A DNA stretch of 53,319 nucleotides, filler included, from Sluysia triapertura (taxonomy: Eukaryota), in NCBI GenBank assembly GCA_046118255.1. It is 4 parts of 4 records of this genome, joined end to end, with 100 filler letters (N's around TTAATTAATTAA, not from the genome) between each part and the next. Parts side by side here need not be neighbours in the genome. Positions count along the whole stretch, not along the records: positions 41,997 to 53,319 come from JBJNIA010185990.1; 3 more parts are not named here. The stretch is one strand, 5' to 3'. The notes beneath the pieces are model-generated. The model was not told the DNA's origin, made no database searches, and saw nothing but the letters and a program-made list of their open reading frames with translations. Positions within the stretch are counted from its first letter, which is position 1. Each line of letters begins with the position of its first letter. This document shows, in pieces, positions 52,481 through 53,319 of the stretch. The translations under genes were made by a program, and so were the position numbers.

Positions 52481-53319
52481 ATAACAATAAATTCTGTTTT
52501 AATAATGGAAATAATTACCGTGTTAATAGATTCTCTAATTTTAGAAAACTGGTTCCTTTTAAAAATGACATTATGTTGGGATTGCCCAAATGTAGATTAG
52601 GAGATGAGTAAGAAACATATAAAATCATAAAATAAAGGAAAACTTATACAAATTGATGCATTGAACATTATAAACATTGTTGAAAACATTTATAATGATC
52701 CTAATAGCTAAAGAATATTTTAGGGTTCCAAAGACCTATGTAAGGGTTTGAGATCTTGTGGAAGCTTGAGATGGACTTGAAAAATTTTTGCAAGCATTAA
52801 GGTACCTTTGAACTTTAGAACTTTAGATCTTTGAAGACCTTAGTAACCTTTAAGTATTCTTGAAATATCGATAAGCATTTGAGATCCTTTAGTAACGTTA
52901 TAAAATGTATAAAATCTTTAAAGTTGTTGAGAAATAAAATCTTTGTTCAAAATAATGAAGATAATTTCATTATAGTAATAATTAACATGAAGAAGTAGAA
53001 AAAGAAATCATAGGGGTGAAGGTGAAAACATCTAGAGCCTCCTGAATGCCTTACAAACTACTAAAAAACTTCAGAACCTCAATAAAACCTTTAAACATAG
53101 AATAAGATTAAGTCTAAAAATTGATTAATTAATTAAAAATCTTAATAAACTTAATTAAGAGAAAGTACGTTTTTGTGAATAACTTTTGAATGCGTAATGC
53201 TATTGTTAGGTTGCCATCACAACCCTACAAATTAACTTTAGAACAACATAATAACATGTTAAAATTAATTAAAATCAATAAATAATCATTTAAAATTATA
53301 AAAATATCATAAAATTAAT

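Noticed and set aside
1-53319. CRISPR arrays, rRNA, tRNA or prokaryotic operons
   Set aside because: No repeat-spacer periodicity, cloverleaf or rRNA signature seen; the sequence is intron-containing eukaryotic DNA.

Overview
This is very AT-rich eukaryotic (metazoan-type) genomic DNA with GT-AG introns, some only 36-49 nt. That is compatible with a compact parasite genome such as an orthonectid, but the species cannot be established from the sequence. The window is not contiguous: four contigs (1-17739, 17840-30275, 30376-41896, 41997-53319) are joined by identical artificial N44-TTAATTAATTAA-N44 spacers, and there is one ordinary gap (24654-24784). Host-type genes are a six-exon signal-peptide Ig/FN3 adhesion-type gene, an intact 462-aa pogo/CENP-B-like transposase-derived ORF and a few uncharacterised exons. 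Most other recognisable sequence is decayed mobile DNA: three Tc1/mariner-type elements, piggyBac, a hAT (SPIN/Charlie-like) transposase, a hAT MITE, two L2 LINE 3' ends, a Polinton-type protein-primed DNA polymerase, Ty3/Gypsy gag and pol remnants and solo LTRs. Four observations stand out. (1) A bulged RNA hairpin with compensatory base changes occurs four times in Gypsy-associated LTR sequence. (2) A Gypsy element carries a retropepsin-led extra ORF downstream of integrase, at the env position. (3) A pPolB-only segment is bracketed by degenerate inverted repeats. (4) The pogo ORF looks domesticated. All calls come from manual translation and motif recognition; no searches were run.
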